DNA of 64,000 nt. Origin: Takakia lepidozioides. Lineage: Eukaryota; Plantae; Bryophyta. Below are positions 1-13,560 of this stretch, piece after piece; positions within the stretch are counted from its first letter, which is position 1, and every line of letters begins with the position of its first letter. The notes below the pieces were generated by a model. That model was not told the origin of the DNA and searched no databases. It saw only the letters and a program-made list of their open reading frames with translations. The translations under genes were made by a program, and so were the position numbers. The stretch covers positions 21,204,001-21,268,000 of the forward strand of contig CM060733.1 in NCBI GenBank assembly GCA_030704615.1, written 5' to 3'.

Positions 1-559
1 CTAGTAAAACCCCTGATGTTGCAAGAGCGCCTGCCACATATATCATACAACATATTAGGTGAAACTCCAAATGTGCCCAAAGCCAGAGTGCCTCCTCAAG
101 AGAAAGAGAGAGAGAGAGTGGACGAGAGTGACAGGGGTTGAGGTTCAATTATTCTCAGAGACAAAAAAGCACCAACAAATTCTAACATAGAAGATGCGAT
201 TAATAGGATGTTGTCTTTCAATCCAAGATCAAATATGGTACAAAACCGGGAATTAGATAACTGCTGCTACGAGAGTCCATGCAATAAACTGCAATCTAAC
301 CCTAGAAATGCCAGTGCTAGAATGCTATCTCCTATTGCGAGGAGTGTTTTCGGTATAGGAACAGTAAAGAGTACATTTACAACTTCATACATGGGATATG
401 GCACAAGAATTTACTCTAATATGCATAATGCTTTGCAATTACACAGATGTCCCCAACCTCGGCCACTGACCCAGTGAGATACAATCCCTGCTCTGTCACA
501 ATGGCTTGTACTCTTTAAACGGACACTGCTTATATTCTGGGGCATGCACCCATGTTCCC

Positions 560-905
560 ATACAGAAAATAGAGATGTCAATTTCTGAATCCTGAACAGC
601 GCTGTCAGATGGGAGGGAGAAAGAGAGAGAGAACCAAGTGGAACAAGAGGGTTGCAGTAGTCCTTCTTGAAACCAAACATGTCCTCTGCCTCAATAGCGA
701 CCAGCTCACTTGACACCATTGCTCCTTCCAGGAGAAAACAGCGTGGTCTGAACCACAATTTCCTCCAACAATCCAGTACGCAACTACGAGAAAAGATATA
801 GGGATACCTCAACCAAGTCAAGGTGAAGCTTGGTATCAAAACGTCTTCGGGAGCAAGTTCCTTGTGACACTTGATGCAGGAAACGCGGCTTCGTTGCACT
901 TCCAA
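560..905 (-). pseudogene. Possible F-box protein fragment
   Basis: LAPEDVLIPSF..WLRYPYIFSRSCVLDCWRKL loosely fits the F-box pattern LPxDxL...IF...CVxxxWR. No complete gene model found. Confidence 0.3.
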
Positions 906-2533
906 ATTAAGCTACTCGAGCAACTAAAGCATGTCACGCTCAAATCTAGTCCGTCTGTCAAAATTACGCCAAGCAATTGGCTCTAGGTTTTGCAATGGCC
1001 TGATAAGACAACCTCTACTCCATTGGATCGATGTAACGGATCACAACAACAAAGAAGCTTCCTTGAGCAAAACCCAACTATCCAAAATCCAAATCTTCCA
1101 TCCGCACCGATTCTCTGCTCCCCCTCTCTCCCTTCTCTCTCTTTCAAGGCAAAGGGAACGAAGAGGCAGATTTTATAGGCCACGTGTACCAAAAGTAGAT
1201 TCATCCCTGGGTAAAACCATGGTTATATCAACACTTTTACGTGTAAAGTAAGTTTGTAATTTCAGCTGCTTTGAATTTCAAAGCTCTGGACCCAACGGCC
1301 TTCCAATGCTCCCGCCCTCGGTTTCAGTAAGTACTGCCTGGTCTCTGAAAGGAAGGAAGGAAAGAGTGACAAGCCACACTGCCTACTTACTCAAGCCTCA
1401 CAAACCCAGTCAAACACACCGCTCACACGTACTGCAAGCATCACACATAAAAAGCCTGGGGGCTAATAATATAATGTATCAAGCAATCCTCTTCTTGCAG
1501 ATATTGATCAGCAGATATGAATTTTGGCTTGATGATGTTGTCAATGGTGGGTACTAGTCTGAAAGTGGGCCCTCAAGTGTAGCATGATATAGAGGGAGGA
1601 GTTCACTTCATTGTTACACTATAATTTTCCAGTTTACTAGTAGCCTGATTTGGTGAACTTCAGGCTCCAATTTTAATGCAAGTGTCAAAAGAAATGAAGT
1701 GCACTCAACTCATATGATGCAACAAAATTAGTGAGAATGTGCGGTGAGGAAACTGACCAACAATTGCAAGAAAAAAGCTATTGTGGAAAGCAGAGAGGCT
1801 GTTGATTGGTGGCCATGTGAACCTTTTTGGGGGTTCTTTGTACAAGGAAAAACCCAAGCTTTTCGAGAAACGAGACCGAGGCCCCTTAAGAGGGGGGGCC
1901 CTCATTATGTAAAGCACTCCAACCAACTTAGAGTTGTGATGTGCATAAAAGTCTGGAGTTTGGTGAAGGACCAAAGAAATTTGCTGTGTCCAAAGGGATA
2001 GGATTGTTACATCCTACAAGTGGAGCGCAAGTGTAGCCAGTCTGCGAAGTGTAGTATGATGAGTCATGAAGCAAACGACAAACCAAGTTCTATATCAATG
2101 CGGCAAAGCCAATACATGTATTTTCATGTCTCCAGTTTCTGTGTTCTAATAATCTAGTTACAGTGCGTGGCCTGACACATTAGGATCATACTCAACTGAG
2201 AGGACAGAAATGTATTCTAGAAAGAATGTCGAGGACAGCAGTGGGCATTTATCCAGGGAAACACCTAAGGTATTTGTCCCTTTCATTTTCTAAGATCTTG
2301 GTCGAAGATTGTGTGATTCCTCACAGGATGTCAAATAGACGTATATCACCCATCAAAACAGCCAACCAAGAACACATGTGAGGTTTCTCACATTTGTTGA
2401 GAGCGTTGCCCTTGAATATTTCCACAGGGGCAAATAGAAGCTACTGGGTCGTTGCCAAGCTGCTGTAGAGTCCTGCATTGCTGCTTCATCTCTTCCCAGT
2501 TCAGCCGAGGAATCTTCATAGCAGCCCGACTTT

Positions 2534-4322
2534 CTAGAGGGTGTTTTCAACACATTCGGGTGGCTGTGTCGGGAAACGCTTTGAATCCCAGCAGTAGTCG
2601 TAAACAAGATAGTTGCTGCGCACCCAGCTTAATTGGGTGATCTGATGATTGGCCAGCGACTGGTATGTTGATTGCTCCCACCAGGGGTTGGACGCACCTG
2701 TGCAGTTTGATGTGTCCCCCCCCACCACCTGGCATGCATCCACCCCGAATCCCTCGTACGAAGCCACAAATGGTGCCTCTGTCCAATTAAGCTTTACGAA
2801 ACCTCCCTGCGTGGCCCACTGATCACCATTCCACAGACTTGTGTAGATTCCCATGGGCTGGCTGTTCGGGTAGGGAACGCCTATAGCTTCGTTGTTCTTA
2901 AACACACGGATTGGGATCGAGTCTATCATAAAGCTGCAGGGAAGCACAGATCGAAATAGTCAGAATATATTGAACCGCCTTCATCATAAGTTATGAAAAG
3001 CAGCTTGATGTGTCTGAAACTCGAACAACATACTCTGAATCTGAGATAATAGAGGAGATGAAATAGAGCCATTTGAACCCAACACGCAGTCTCTGTAACG
3101 GGGTTGTCGTGCTTTGAGCTAGCGCTTTCTGAGTGCAGAACGCGGGGGGCTTAAAAATCGCACTGGTCACTCTTCTGGCTTTTGAAAGGGGTAGCTAGCG
3201 TCCCTGGGGAAAGTGTGCCTTCAAGGCCTGACAAGAATGCGCATACTGAGCCGTTACTCATCAAAATTTCCACGTTAGATAGAAAACAAATGAGATGATG
3301 ACAGATTGGTGCGGTGATATATGTAGCCCGACACTTTGGTTTTGAACGATTTTGTCAAGTGCTGCAAGAAAACTTACATAACCTGCTGCTTGTTCCACAG
3401 CACGGAATATCGGTGGAAGTCCTCCGTGGGGTCAAACCATAAGCTGATGCGCTGCTCCCGGTTCCCAGTTCCATGGGCATATACATTAGTCTGCAGAAGG
3501 TAAGGCTGCCCGGTAACGTTTCCCAGAAACTCGAAGTCTAGCTCATCATGGAACGTTGTTTCTGACGACATCTGCACATCCTCCCAAGACATGCAACACT
3601 CCGTTAAATTATCATCTCCAGTGAGATGAACTTGACGACACTGCAGACAGTTTGCTAATGGAAAGGAACAGTTCTCACTTCTACATGCTATCAATCTGCG
3701 GAGACAACTGAGAGAAACGAAAGCTTACTACTGTGTAATCCATCGATGCGACAGTACGCTTGCGTCTGACTACTGGCACTAGGTCGTCAAAAACTTGAAA
3801 TGGTGCGTGGTCAAGATCTACTCAGTGCACTCGCGCATGAAGAGGAACTCACGTAATATGCTGTGACAGTACCAGCCGAATTGCCCGGGACTAGCTTGAT
3901 TCCCATGCCAATACTGCCAAACAGATACTGGTTCTTTGATGTGAACCCCGAAGCTGCAGAACAAAACTACACACAATGTCAGCAATAACTCAACTATCGG
4001 AGACTAGCTTTCCACGCAGATCGATATGTACAGCGAAGAGTCATCGATATCTAATTTTTTTTGGTCGAACAGGATGCTATGCGTATGAATTTAAAAGGGC
4101 GAGAGAAACATTACCAGATTGTTGGTCGAGGACAAGCTGAACTTGCTGGCCATTATTAAGAATCCTCGCATGGTTACCATCTGACGTTGTCATGTAGTTG
4201 TCACTGAAGCTCGAGCCGGCACATGCACTGGAAGCTACCATAGCCAGGCATACTGCCAAAAACAAAGGTGTCATGCTAAACACCTTCCGTTGAATTTGCG
4301 CGTCGTCGCCTGTGGAGTTCAT
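2534..4322 (-). CDS. XTH: Xyloglucan endotransglucosylase/hydrolase (GH16), copy 1; exons 4322-4115, 3953-3853, 3571-3378, 2933-2534
   Basis: Catalytic [10 protein letters not shown] plus NVT sequon; [16 protein letters not shown]; [13 protein letters not shown]; [16 protein letters not shown]-terminus. All junctions GT-AG and in frame; 101- and 194-bp internal exons typical of XTH genes; hydrophobic signal peptide. Start could be the Met at 4274. Confidence 0.95.
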
Positions 4323-6221
4323 GCTGCTTATTGAGGGGTGCAAGAAGTCAGGATTCCACACAGGAAAATGAGCTGAAGTTTTCACCTAATTTTTTGTATC
4401 GAGAGAGAGTGTGAGAGACAGGTTTCTTACCTTCCTTTATCTGTCAAGAGGAATAGAGAGGGAGAGACAGAGAGCACCCAAATGTCGTTATCTTCGGAGG
4501 CCGAAGATCAATAGAAGCTAGGGTGGGAAAGAATATTTTTGATGTGATCTACAGCTTCGAAGCAGACAGACTCAGATGGGCGTGCTTGGAGAATGACAGC
4601 GAGTCTGAGTGCTCAATGAGATGCTGTTTACAAAAGCGAGTGGGCCTTATGCAGAGTTATACAATGGAAGCCGTTGCCTAGTTGTGTAGTACGCAGATCA
4701 CCATCATACGTGCCGTGTACAGCTAGCCTGTACTCTGCAACATGTACCATAATCCCATTACTCTCTGCTGGCCCTCAAGTTGATGACGCCCAAATGATGA
4801 TGACCGTTTATGTAAAACCCACACAAACATCAAGACTCTGGAAAATGATACATCAGGAGACTGGTCAGTTGCATCCGATAAAAGCAGAACTTGGGTCGAA
4901 ACCGACATATATGAGGCAGCGTGGCATAATAGTACCAAAGCCCCAGTGCATCAATCACTTACTATGAGATGTACCAGTAGATGAATATGTGTACCCCCTT
5001 GTACAGCCCACACCAGTTGTTCACAACTGGCTCACAGGTGGATTTTGACGCAAAAGAAAATCTAGGAACGTTGCCTTCAAGAGCTGGCCCTGTCAGATTC
5101 TTGCATTTGGCACATCATACCTTGGTAAGCTTCCAAAAGGGGCTTATTAACCAACCTTAAAGTGGTTTCCCCTAGCATAAACTTAAAGAATGTTGCTTAG
5201 GCAGATGGATTTTCTCTGTTCGGGATACTTATGGGTAGAACAGAAAGACAAAGAAAGAAATGGGTCTGAATGGATCCATACAATGTATCCAACTTCAAAG
5301 TTTCTGGCAATTACCTGGGATTCTGAAGGTATGTTTCAACTTTCTACAGTTGTATTGAATGTATGAGGGCCGAGGGTTTAGTTTAGTCACTGTGCCGCGT
5401 CCTTGTACTTTCATAGCAGTTCTGTTGCCAGATTGACAGCACCACGAAACTTCAGTGCAACAGTTGCGGAAATCCTGCTGAGCTGCATTGAAGCTTTGAC
5501 TGTGGCATATGGCGCGTAGGGGGTCGTCTTAGTCAAACTTACAATAAACGTCTCTTTTTTTCATGATGTTGGGTTGTATTTTGTTGCTTTGTCCCGTGCA
5601 GCCCCCTACTCAGTTCTTGACACATTTCGAGGCTTTTGCTTGAAGACTTAGAATCAAAAGATGTAGTACAAGGTTGGCAAGAGCTCATGAAGTGTGATTA
5701 TGCAGCGTGATTGAAGGAATAGCAGCGCGCCAGCAATTTCATTACTTGATGAAGCAGCCTTGAAGCACAATCTGCAGAGATTTGTTCCATTCAGTGCCGT
5801 ATGTTGGTATGCGAGAAAAATATCTGACTGAACATTACTGTAGCATTTATAGCTCTGGCTTTGATGACAATCGGCGATGACAGCCACGCGAGGGTGGCAT
5901 GTTTAGGCCTCGGCAAGTGTTGTCACATTCCTTTTTCGCCGGTATGTAACTTAAAAGAGGGACCTCCGAAGTCCGTTGCCACTGTGACATTCATTCAAGA
6001 GCCAGAGTTTTCTGACGAATCTGAGAAAGGACTAGCTATGGGAACAAGAGGTCAAACCATAGGAATATAAGGAACATGTGAAGTCACAGGGTCCAAGGTG
6101 ATGCATGGCTTCATTGCATCAAGTCTGGACGTCTGGACTCTGGACAGCAGATTATGAATGTGGAAAGCTGCAGACAAAGGTTACTAAGGGTGATCAGCTC
6201 AAGACCCATTCCCTAGGCAGC

Positions 6222-6430
6222 AGCTGGTAGCCCAGTTGGATTGCCCACTGGTTTGGGGCTCAAGTAAGTACTGCTACCTTGTGTGCTATGATCCGGTGGG
6301 TATCTCCGGTATGCTTCATTACTTATATATATGAAAGGGGGTTAGATTTAGCCCTCCTGAGTCCTCAGTTCTGAAAGGGCCTGGTTTGTGAGCTGTCGCT
6401 CCCAAGTTTTCTTCTTCTATTTTCAAAAAT
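6222..6430 (+). mobile_element. tRNA-derived SINE, degenerate copy
   Basis: A-box-like GGTAGCCCAGTTGG and 3' GGGCCTGGTTTGTGAGCTGTCGCTCCCA matching the copy at 15696-15928. Confidence 0.5.
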
Positions 6431-6441
6431 GGGGACGGTTC

Positions 6442-6575
6442 CTTTTTTTTCCCTCAAATGAGACCTTGGAGCGACTACTACTTACAATTCAGGCCCTTGA
6501 GGAGCGGGATAAATGAACCCCCTTTCACATAAGCCATTGGAGGCACAAGAGGGAAATGTCACCCCTAGTCACCCG
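6442..6575 (-). mobile_element. SINE 3' part, reverse orientation
   Basis: T-run, then GGAGCGAC..CAATTCAGGCCC, the reverse complement of the SINE 3' motif. Confidence 0.4.
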
Positions 6576-6945
6576 GACAGAGTAGCAGGATTTGATTTTT
6601 AGAATGAAGGAGAAAAAAAGGGGAGGAAGGACAATGAAAACTAACAGGACAACGAGAAAAATATCCTTTTAAAGGGATCCACTACCCTGAATTCGTGCGC
6701 GGAGACAACAGCAGTAGTTAGAAGTCTATACAAACCCATGCTCAAAGATAGTTCTCACCGCAAAACCCAAGAGGCTTGCGCTCGCTAACCAAATTTTTGC
6801 CAGTGTCCAGACATGGCGGAAATACTAAATCCTGATAGAAACGCCTCGCGGGACTATAACAGCTCACACACAAGCATAGGAATGGCATCATCACAAATAA
6901 GAAAGAGGACATCTTGCTTAACGCAGACGGCAGTTTGGCACACAA

Positions 6946-7140
6946 TCATTTCTTCGCCTTGGGAGCTGAAGACTGTGCAGGCCCCGTAGCTGCCTTCTTG
7001 GCCGTCTTCTCCTGCAGCGCTTTGGCATCCCGCTCCCGCCGTTGCTCGGGAGTCAATCCATCATCCTTGGATTTGGGCCCCTTCCCCGACCTCGTCGCTG
7101 CCCTCTCCCTATCCGTCTCCCTCCGATTCCCCCTCGTCAT
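6946..7140 (-). CDS. SERF: SERF/4F5-family small EDRK-rich protein, intronless (probable retrocopy)
   Basis: MTRGNRRETDRERAATR...KDDGLTPEQRRERDAKALQEK matches the 4F5/SERF signature MTRGNQR.xDRER...GLTPEQRRERDA; single exon. Confidence 0.85.
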   Translation of the reverse strand: MTRGNRRETDRERAATRSGKGPKSKDDGLTPEQRRERDAKALQEKTAKKAATGPAQSSAPKAKK

Positions 7141-8401
7141 AAACCTTCCTTCCTCGCGATCTGTGCCGAGCTTCCTCCACAGATCCTCCCGATCTCTGCC
7201 CACCCAACAACACTCTCGATGCTCCACACTCTTCCTTCCCGTTTCGTAAGTGTCTGAATTGCTGTCAATGTTGTAGTGTTACTAAGATCCCTTTTTAAAG
7301 GGCTACTTTCCCACCCCAAAAGATAAAAAAGAGCTTTATGGCCCCACCGGGGTTGTTTTCCCCCTTCGGCTTCATACTTCATACCCTTTATAAATAAAAT
7401 AGATAAAGGAAGAAAGAGAAAAACAAAGAAGACGAAAGATATCTGTATGTGTTTTTTTGTTACTCCCATCCAGGTTTGACTCTATTTCTAGGTCACCAAA
7501 CATGTGGTTATGTGTTCAACATGTGTGGCGATCAGTTTATCAATACAAGTTCAGGGATGTGTCCTCTTTGGTGAGCATTCATCAGATGTTAATATTGACA
7601 TGTTGTCTTTATGGCCTGCCTACTTTGTAAGACGTTCACAGTTATTGGTTATTACGCATTTCAAGGGCCCTCAGTTTTACTCCTCAACTACCTGCTAGAT
7701 TTCTTCTTGCTACGTTCGTCAGAAAAATTGGACTTTGTATCATCTTCACTTGGCATAGCAAAACTCATACTTCTCAATTTAGTGACCATGTTCAAGGTAC
7801 TCGCTAGACATCACACATCCTCTTGGAATTACTAAAGAAGAGATCGTGCCACAATGAAGAGAATGTGATAAACAGGAACGAAGATTCCAATGTCGTGAAG
7901 ATTATAGAAATCTCGGTAGTTCAGAATAAGGTACAGTTTCACAAACAGCAACAATTCACTGCAACCACGAAGCGAACTGTTGGTGGAAAAGTTTACAAAG
8001 CAAATGCATGAATTTACAAGGGCGTATTTGCAAATTTATTGGATTTATGAGTAGATGGGTAAGGTTGCATGAAGCCCCCCACCGCATCAAACAATCCCAG
8101 CTGATACAACAGTGGTCTCCCAGTTTTCAAATGAAGATCTTTCCGATTACAACATGGCACATGTCCGATTGCAGAACACTCACAGTGAGCAGAAGGTGCG
8201 TTATTGGTTCTCAATATACGAGGTCAAATTATATGCACACTTACAGCACTAAGAACCATTTGAGGGAGTTTCACAGGGATGGCCAAAATGGCAACTACAG
8301 ATAAAAGCAGATCAGAGCTTCGCAATGGAGCACTCCATGAACAAGAACGAGGATCCCATCACTTGTAGGACTGTCGCAAATTGAATGAATCAGAGAACTG
8401 T

Positions 8402-9937
8402 TTACAAGGGATTATAAGCACACTCGATTGGCACAGTAGGGAATCGCTTCCTGTCCGCGCAGTAGTTGTAGATGAGGTAATGTCTGCGGACCCAGCTGAG
8501 CTGATTGACCTGATGAGGCGTCGCCTTTGACTGGTATACTGCGGATTGCGCCCAGACGCTTGATGTGCAGCTACCTATATTGTTGCCGACAACAGGGCAA
8601 CCATTCACTGTAAAGTCTGTGTATGTAGCAATGAATGGAGCGTAAGTCCAGTTGAGCTTGACTGCCCCACCCTGCGTGGCCCATTGATCTCCGTTCCACA
8701 GGCTGGTGAATACTCCCATGGGCTGGCTGTTAGGGTAGGCCACGCCCAATGTCTCCAAATTCTTGTACATCCGAATTGGGATGTTGTCCACGAGAAAACT
8801 GCAAACACAATCAAAGGAAAAAAAATATCATTGCAAGTACAGGCCGAGGAAGCTAAACCACTACTACAGTTCTAATTTCCTTTCCGACTCAATGCCACAT
8901 GCCACATGCTCCATTTGGGCAAAGACCACCAAGTCGGCTGGCAAAACGAAGTGGTCATCAATTCTCAGAGGAAATATACAGATAACCAGTACAAGGACAC
9001 CAGAAAAGCATTGTCGTACTGGGGTAGATGCAAAACCACCTCGCAGTACTGGTGAAGGAGCTTACATGACTTGGTCCCTCTTCCAGGAGACTGAGTATCT
9101 GTGGAAGGCCGCAGTCGGGTCGAACCAAAGGGAGATGCGCTGCTCCCGATTCCCGACACCTTGAGCGAATACATTGGTCTGGAGTATGTATGGTTGTCCG
9201 CTTACATTTCCTAGGAACTCAAAATCGAGCTCGTCATGGTTCGCAGTTAAGGAGGACAACTGCACGTCGACAGACACGTAAAGTGCTTAATATACCACCC
9301 TTGAATGGACAATATGCTGATGTCTCAGATCGTTGCTAGCTACTCAAAGACAACAGCAGCAAGAAAAAGAAATCCACTTTTTTCTTACCGTCTGTAAACT
9401 AAATATTCACAGAACACAAAACGACGAACAAGCAAGACCAGAACCGTACATAGAGAGACGTCACTGTGCCTGCTGAGTTGCCCGGAACTAGTTTGACGCT
9501 CATACCAATATCCCCAAACAGGTATCTGCTGTTGGATTGAAATCCTGACGCTGCACATTTTCAAGAACGAGATTGTCAGTCCCAAACATATGACGGCTAC
9601 AGCTGTTAGGCCGATGATGCAAAGATGAGAAGATCAAAACAATTGGGAAAACAATGTCCACTGAATCCGACCGCGACAAACACTGCCGCTAGGACACCGC
9701 AAGCGTACCAGATTGTTGATCAAGGACCAGCTGCACTTGCTGACCGTTGTTCAGAATCCTGGCGTGATTGTTATCCGAAGTAGTCTGATAAGTCTGAAAA
9801 AAGCTCGTTGGAGCAACAACTTTCGAAGCACGTCGCGCATCAGTGACTCCAGCGGCCATTGTCAAGCATACTACAAGCACAAGGACCGAAGTATTCCATC
9901 GCTTACCAAGCTCCTGCTTGAATTTACACTGATTCAT
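8402..9937 (-). CDS. XTH: Xyloglucan endotransglucosylase/hydrolase (GH16), copy 2; exons 9937-9709, 9550-9450, 9259-9066, 8798-8402
   Basis: [14 protein letters not shown]; [16 protein letters not shown]; [13 protein letters not shown]; [19 protein letters not shown] junctions in frame; 101/194-bp internal exons. Confidence 0.95.
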
Positions 9938-12571
9938 ATTGCAGAACTTTACAACTGCTGCTAGCGGATTACCGAGCTGTAGTCTTCAACCCAAACTTCG
10001 TAGCAATGCTATTATACGTTCCAAATTCCAAGACTTCCAGCAGCAGGACCCAAGTAAAGCGCCCAGTGTGCTAGACTTCCGAATGAGCAGGGGAATAGCG
10101 AGCTACACTCCACGAAATGCGTCGGTGGACTGAGATGGGGAGTTGGGGAGTGGCGCATGCTCTGAGGGGTGGTGGTCAATATATAGATATAAAGCAATGG
10201 CAGCAAGCGAGATGCGGAAGGGGAGCGCGTGAGGCTGGGGTAGAACGCGGCGGCGCCTGCGCGCTGCATAAACACACAGCCTAATGACAGCACACTGTTC
10301 TGGCATCCAGCTAACGTTCATATCGCTGCTTGGCATCTTCTGCGAAGCTTGAAAGTCTGCCACACTCCCTCCTTCTCTGCTCTATAAATCCGTGACTGCC
10401 CGCCTTCATGGCCACCACCGCCATTGTCGCCCCCCACGATTGCCTATTATAGTCCCGCCAAAAGGAACCTGACCCTGATCTTTTGGGCTCATCACCCCTG
10501 TATCATCACTCCGGTAATTTGGTGAAGAACCGATAAATTGCAATATGGATGCCTTTGTTGGGTTGTTGAGGGTTCTCGTTATTGTTACATCTGCAAGCGA
10601 GAAATCAGTACCCTTCATTGAGCAACAGACATGGTTTTTGGTTTGATTGTTGGGTAGTGGTCTGAAAGAGGCCCTAAATATAGAGGGGCTCACGATTGAT
10701 GTTCGACTACAACTTCGCCGGATTCGGTGAATGTGCTCCAATTTGTATTCACTTGTCCAAGAGAAATGAGGCGGTGATTCCAGAACTGTGTGGATGTTTT
10801 AGGGTGCATGTGATGTTGTTGATGGACAGTAGGGCCACAAACAGTCATCTCATTTACTTCATGTGTGAATCATCAGCTAATAAAACACTTCCAGGTGTTT
10901 CCTTCTAAAAATTTACAAAACAAATATCAGCTAATAATGAATTTAGGACTGTAGCAGCCTAGCCAACAATAACTGTTGGAGGAAGAGCTAAAAGTAATGA
11001 AAAGTAGCAGCTGGGAAGCTACAAAAGCAGTGTGGCACATTCATTGGGTTGTAGTCCACATTGTCTGGATCTGATGCCACGTCCCTGTTATAAGACAGGA
11101 CTGAGTTAAAGCACTGTTAGCAGCATTCGCACGTATTCTCCAACTAATCAACCCCATATCACACCTGTTCTGAGCTACAGGAAAGGAGATACCTATGTGC
11201 AGCTGAACCTGTGACAGAGCTCTGCAATCAAAGACTGCCCAATCATGTATATACAATAAATACTGACAAGACATGGTAGAGTAAAAGTCACTGAGGATTG
11301 GTAGATCCAGTTCACAGAAAAGGATACTACAGCAGCTCCAACAAGGACACATATATGTAACAGGGTATTCGTCCCCAGTAGGGTCCACCCACAGTGGGAG
11401 CTGCCTCATCATGTTGTGCATGGGGGGAGTGTGCTGTAAACTCTAAACCCCCTGGACCAGCGAGTTCCTTTGCTTTTCGCAATCAAAGGGAACTTCTCAC
11501 CATAGGACCGTCCCTTCCACCAAAAAAAAAACAAAAAAACTCCTTTGGGAGTGCTTGAAATACATGGTCATGCCATGAATGACCATGCATTGACCCACCT
11601 TCAACTTATAGCGACACTGGGCCTCAAAATTAGTAAATTTCTCCAACAAATGCATGCTCGCATGAATGATCTTACATGAATCCTATTACACATCTATTGG
11701 GAATCAATCCATCCAACGCGGGCATCCTTGCCGTTCTCGCGACAAGTAATACACCCATTACAGCCCTCTCTGAGATTATTTATACCGCAACCCACCTTCC
11801 CATGAAGGTTGAGAGAAAGCCGGAAAATAAATAGGGAAGGATTTTCTTTAGACCAAAAACCTAGCTAGATAGATGTCTGACAGTAAATTGGTGGGTTTAC
11901 TGTAGCGGTTGAGACGGTTGGAAAATGGCAGATGATTGATGTTTTTTTTTTTTTTTTTTTTTTCCCCGAACCGGGGACAGAGGCCCTGCCAATAGAACTT
12001 TTATTGAGTTGCTAGTCACTAAATATATGAGACCGTTGTGTACATTAATTCATGTAGAGAACAGTTTAATTTGTTTTCTTTTTAAAGAACAGTTGTCAGG
12101 GAAAGAAAAAAAGTTAATTTCAAAACAATTGACGCTGAAAATCCCCTCTTTGTGATGTGCAACACTTCACTTTTATTTGGCACATCCTCAATTACTCCGC
12201 GCTCCTCATGGGGAAGCATCTAGGCTTTTTTTAAATAGTAATTACATTTCACACCATTGGTATTCTGTGATGAAGCTGGGCCATTGCCTTGTAGCTCCAT
12301 GGCAGTAATGAAACAATAGTAATATTGTAAGAACTTAATGTACGCGCACAATCTAAAGTTACTTTTGCTTGATTCAGGCAGAGTTTGTCAAATCCTCCCC
12401 ACCCCTCTTACCGTGGATTCACTATTAAATACTTTCAAATGGTAGAATTGTCAAGCAAGGTTGAGCAGCCTGCAGTAAGGTGATGGAAGTGCTGGCGGTG
12501 AGGTGCTGGGTTTGATTTTTGATGGGTGGCTAGTGTAACTCAGACTGGTGTCACCCTGGTAGTGTCACAAC

Positions 12572-13560
12572 CAGTGTTGGGCGGTTACCCGCCGGGACCC
12601 AGGTTAAGTGCCGCTTGTGTCCGTAGTCAGGTGAACTCGGATTGATCTGTGAGGACAACCACCACGTGCAGCTGAGCAGCCATAGATTTAAGACCAAGCT
12701 CACCCTCCCAAGACCTTGTCAACACCAGGAAAAATACCAGATATCATCATACGAACACGAAGAGCCCACATTTGTAGGATGGACAAACTTCTTCACATCG
12801 TACATTAAGAAAGCGCCAGTTCAGGTTCAGGTTAACCGGAACCGGGCCGAACCGGGCCCATTCCTACAGAACCTTGACCCGGAACCTGCCAATGGGGATC
12901 GGCGCTGAACCGAACCGGCGGTTCTTGTTGGGTGTGAGAACCGGAGAACCGGGGTTCTCTGGGCACAGGGATAAAAACAGGTTCTTGAACCCTTGGTGGG
13001 CCTTGGCAACATGGCATAACACTAGAGAGCTTGTGGGTCCAGGGCAAAACTTCTTTAATGCTCTCAAGCTCTTGAGATTCTATGTTCAATGCTTCAGCGC
13101 CATGACCTTGGGTTCAATCTCCAACTCCATGATATCCTGGCTAAGTTCATTAATAAAATGTTTGAAGATGCCAATACTTGCCAGGTAGCTGAATAGTACT
13201 TTCAACCCATAAAATTTTACCCATTTTCTTCTAGCAGTTTATTTAGAGTATTTTTGTTTGTTTTTTTGTGTTAGTGAAAACTAACAAAATCGTTGGATTT
13301 TAGTTCAAATATGTGAATACACTGCTATTTAATCTACCGGACTGATAAAATATTTTAAATCTAATTAAATTAAACAAAATATATTTTTAAAATAGAACCG
13401 GAACCTAACCGGAACCGATGGTTTTTATCAGCAACTAACCGCGGAACCGCCCCCATGTTTAAAAGTTGGATCCGGAACCGGACCGGAACCGTGGTAATAA
13501 TTGTGGAACCGGAACCGGAACCGAAGGTTCCTTCACAAATGCAAGAACCGCCCAACACTG
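12572..13560. mobile_element. Non-autonomous hAT-type element (989 bp)
   Basis: TIR CAGTGTTGGGCGGTT / AACCGCCCAACACTG; perfect 8-bp TSD GTCACAAC (12564-12571, 13561-13568); many subterminal GAACCG motifs. Confidence 0.9.

Noticed and set aside
5450-5900. Possible degenerate coding fragment
   Set aside because: No motif I can support.
11942-12005. T22 run with short flank, possible retroposon 3' stub
   Set aside because: No TSD and no second copy in the window.
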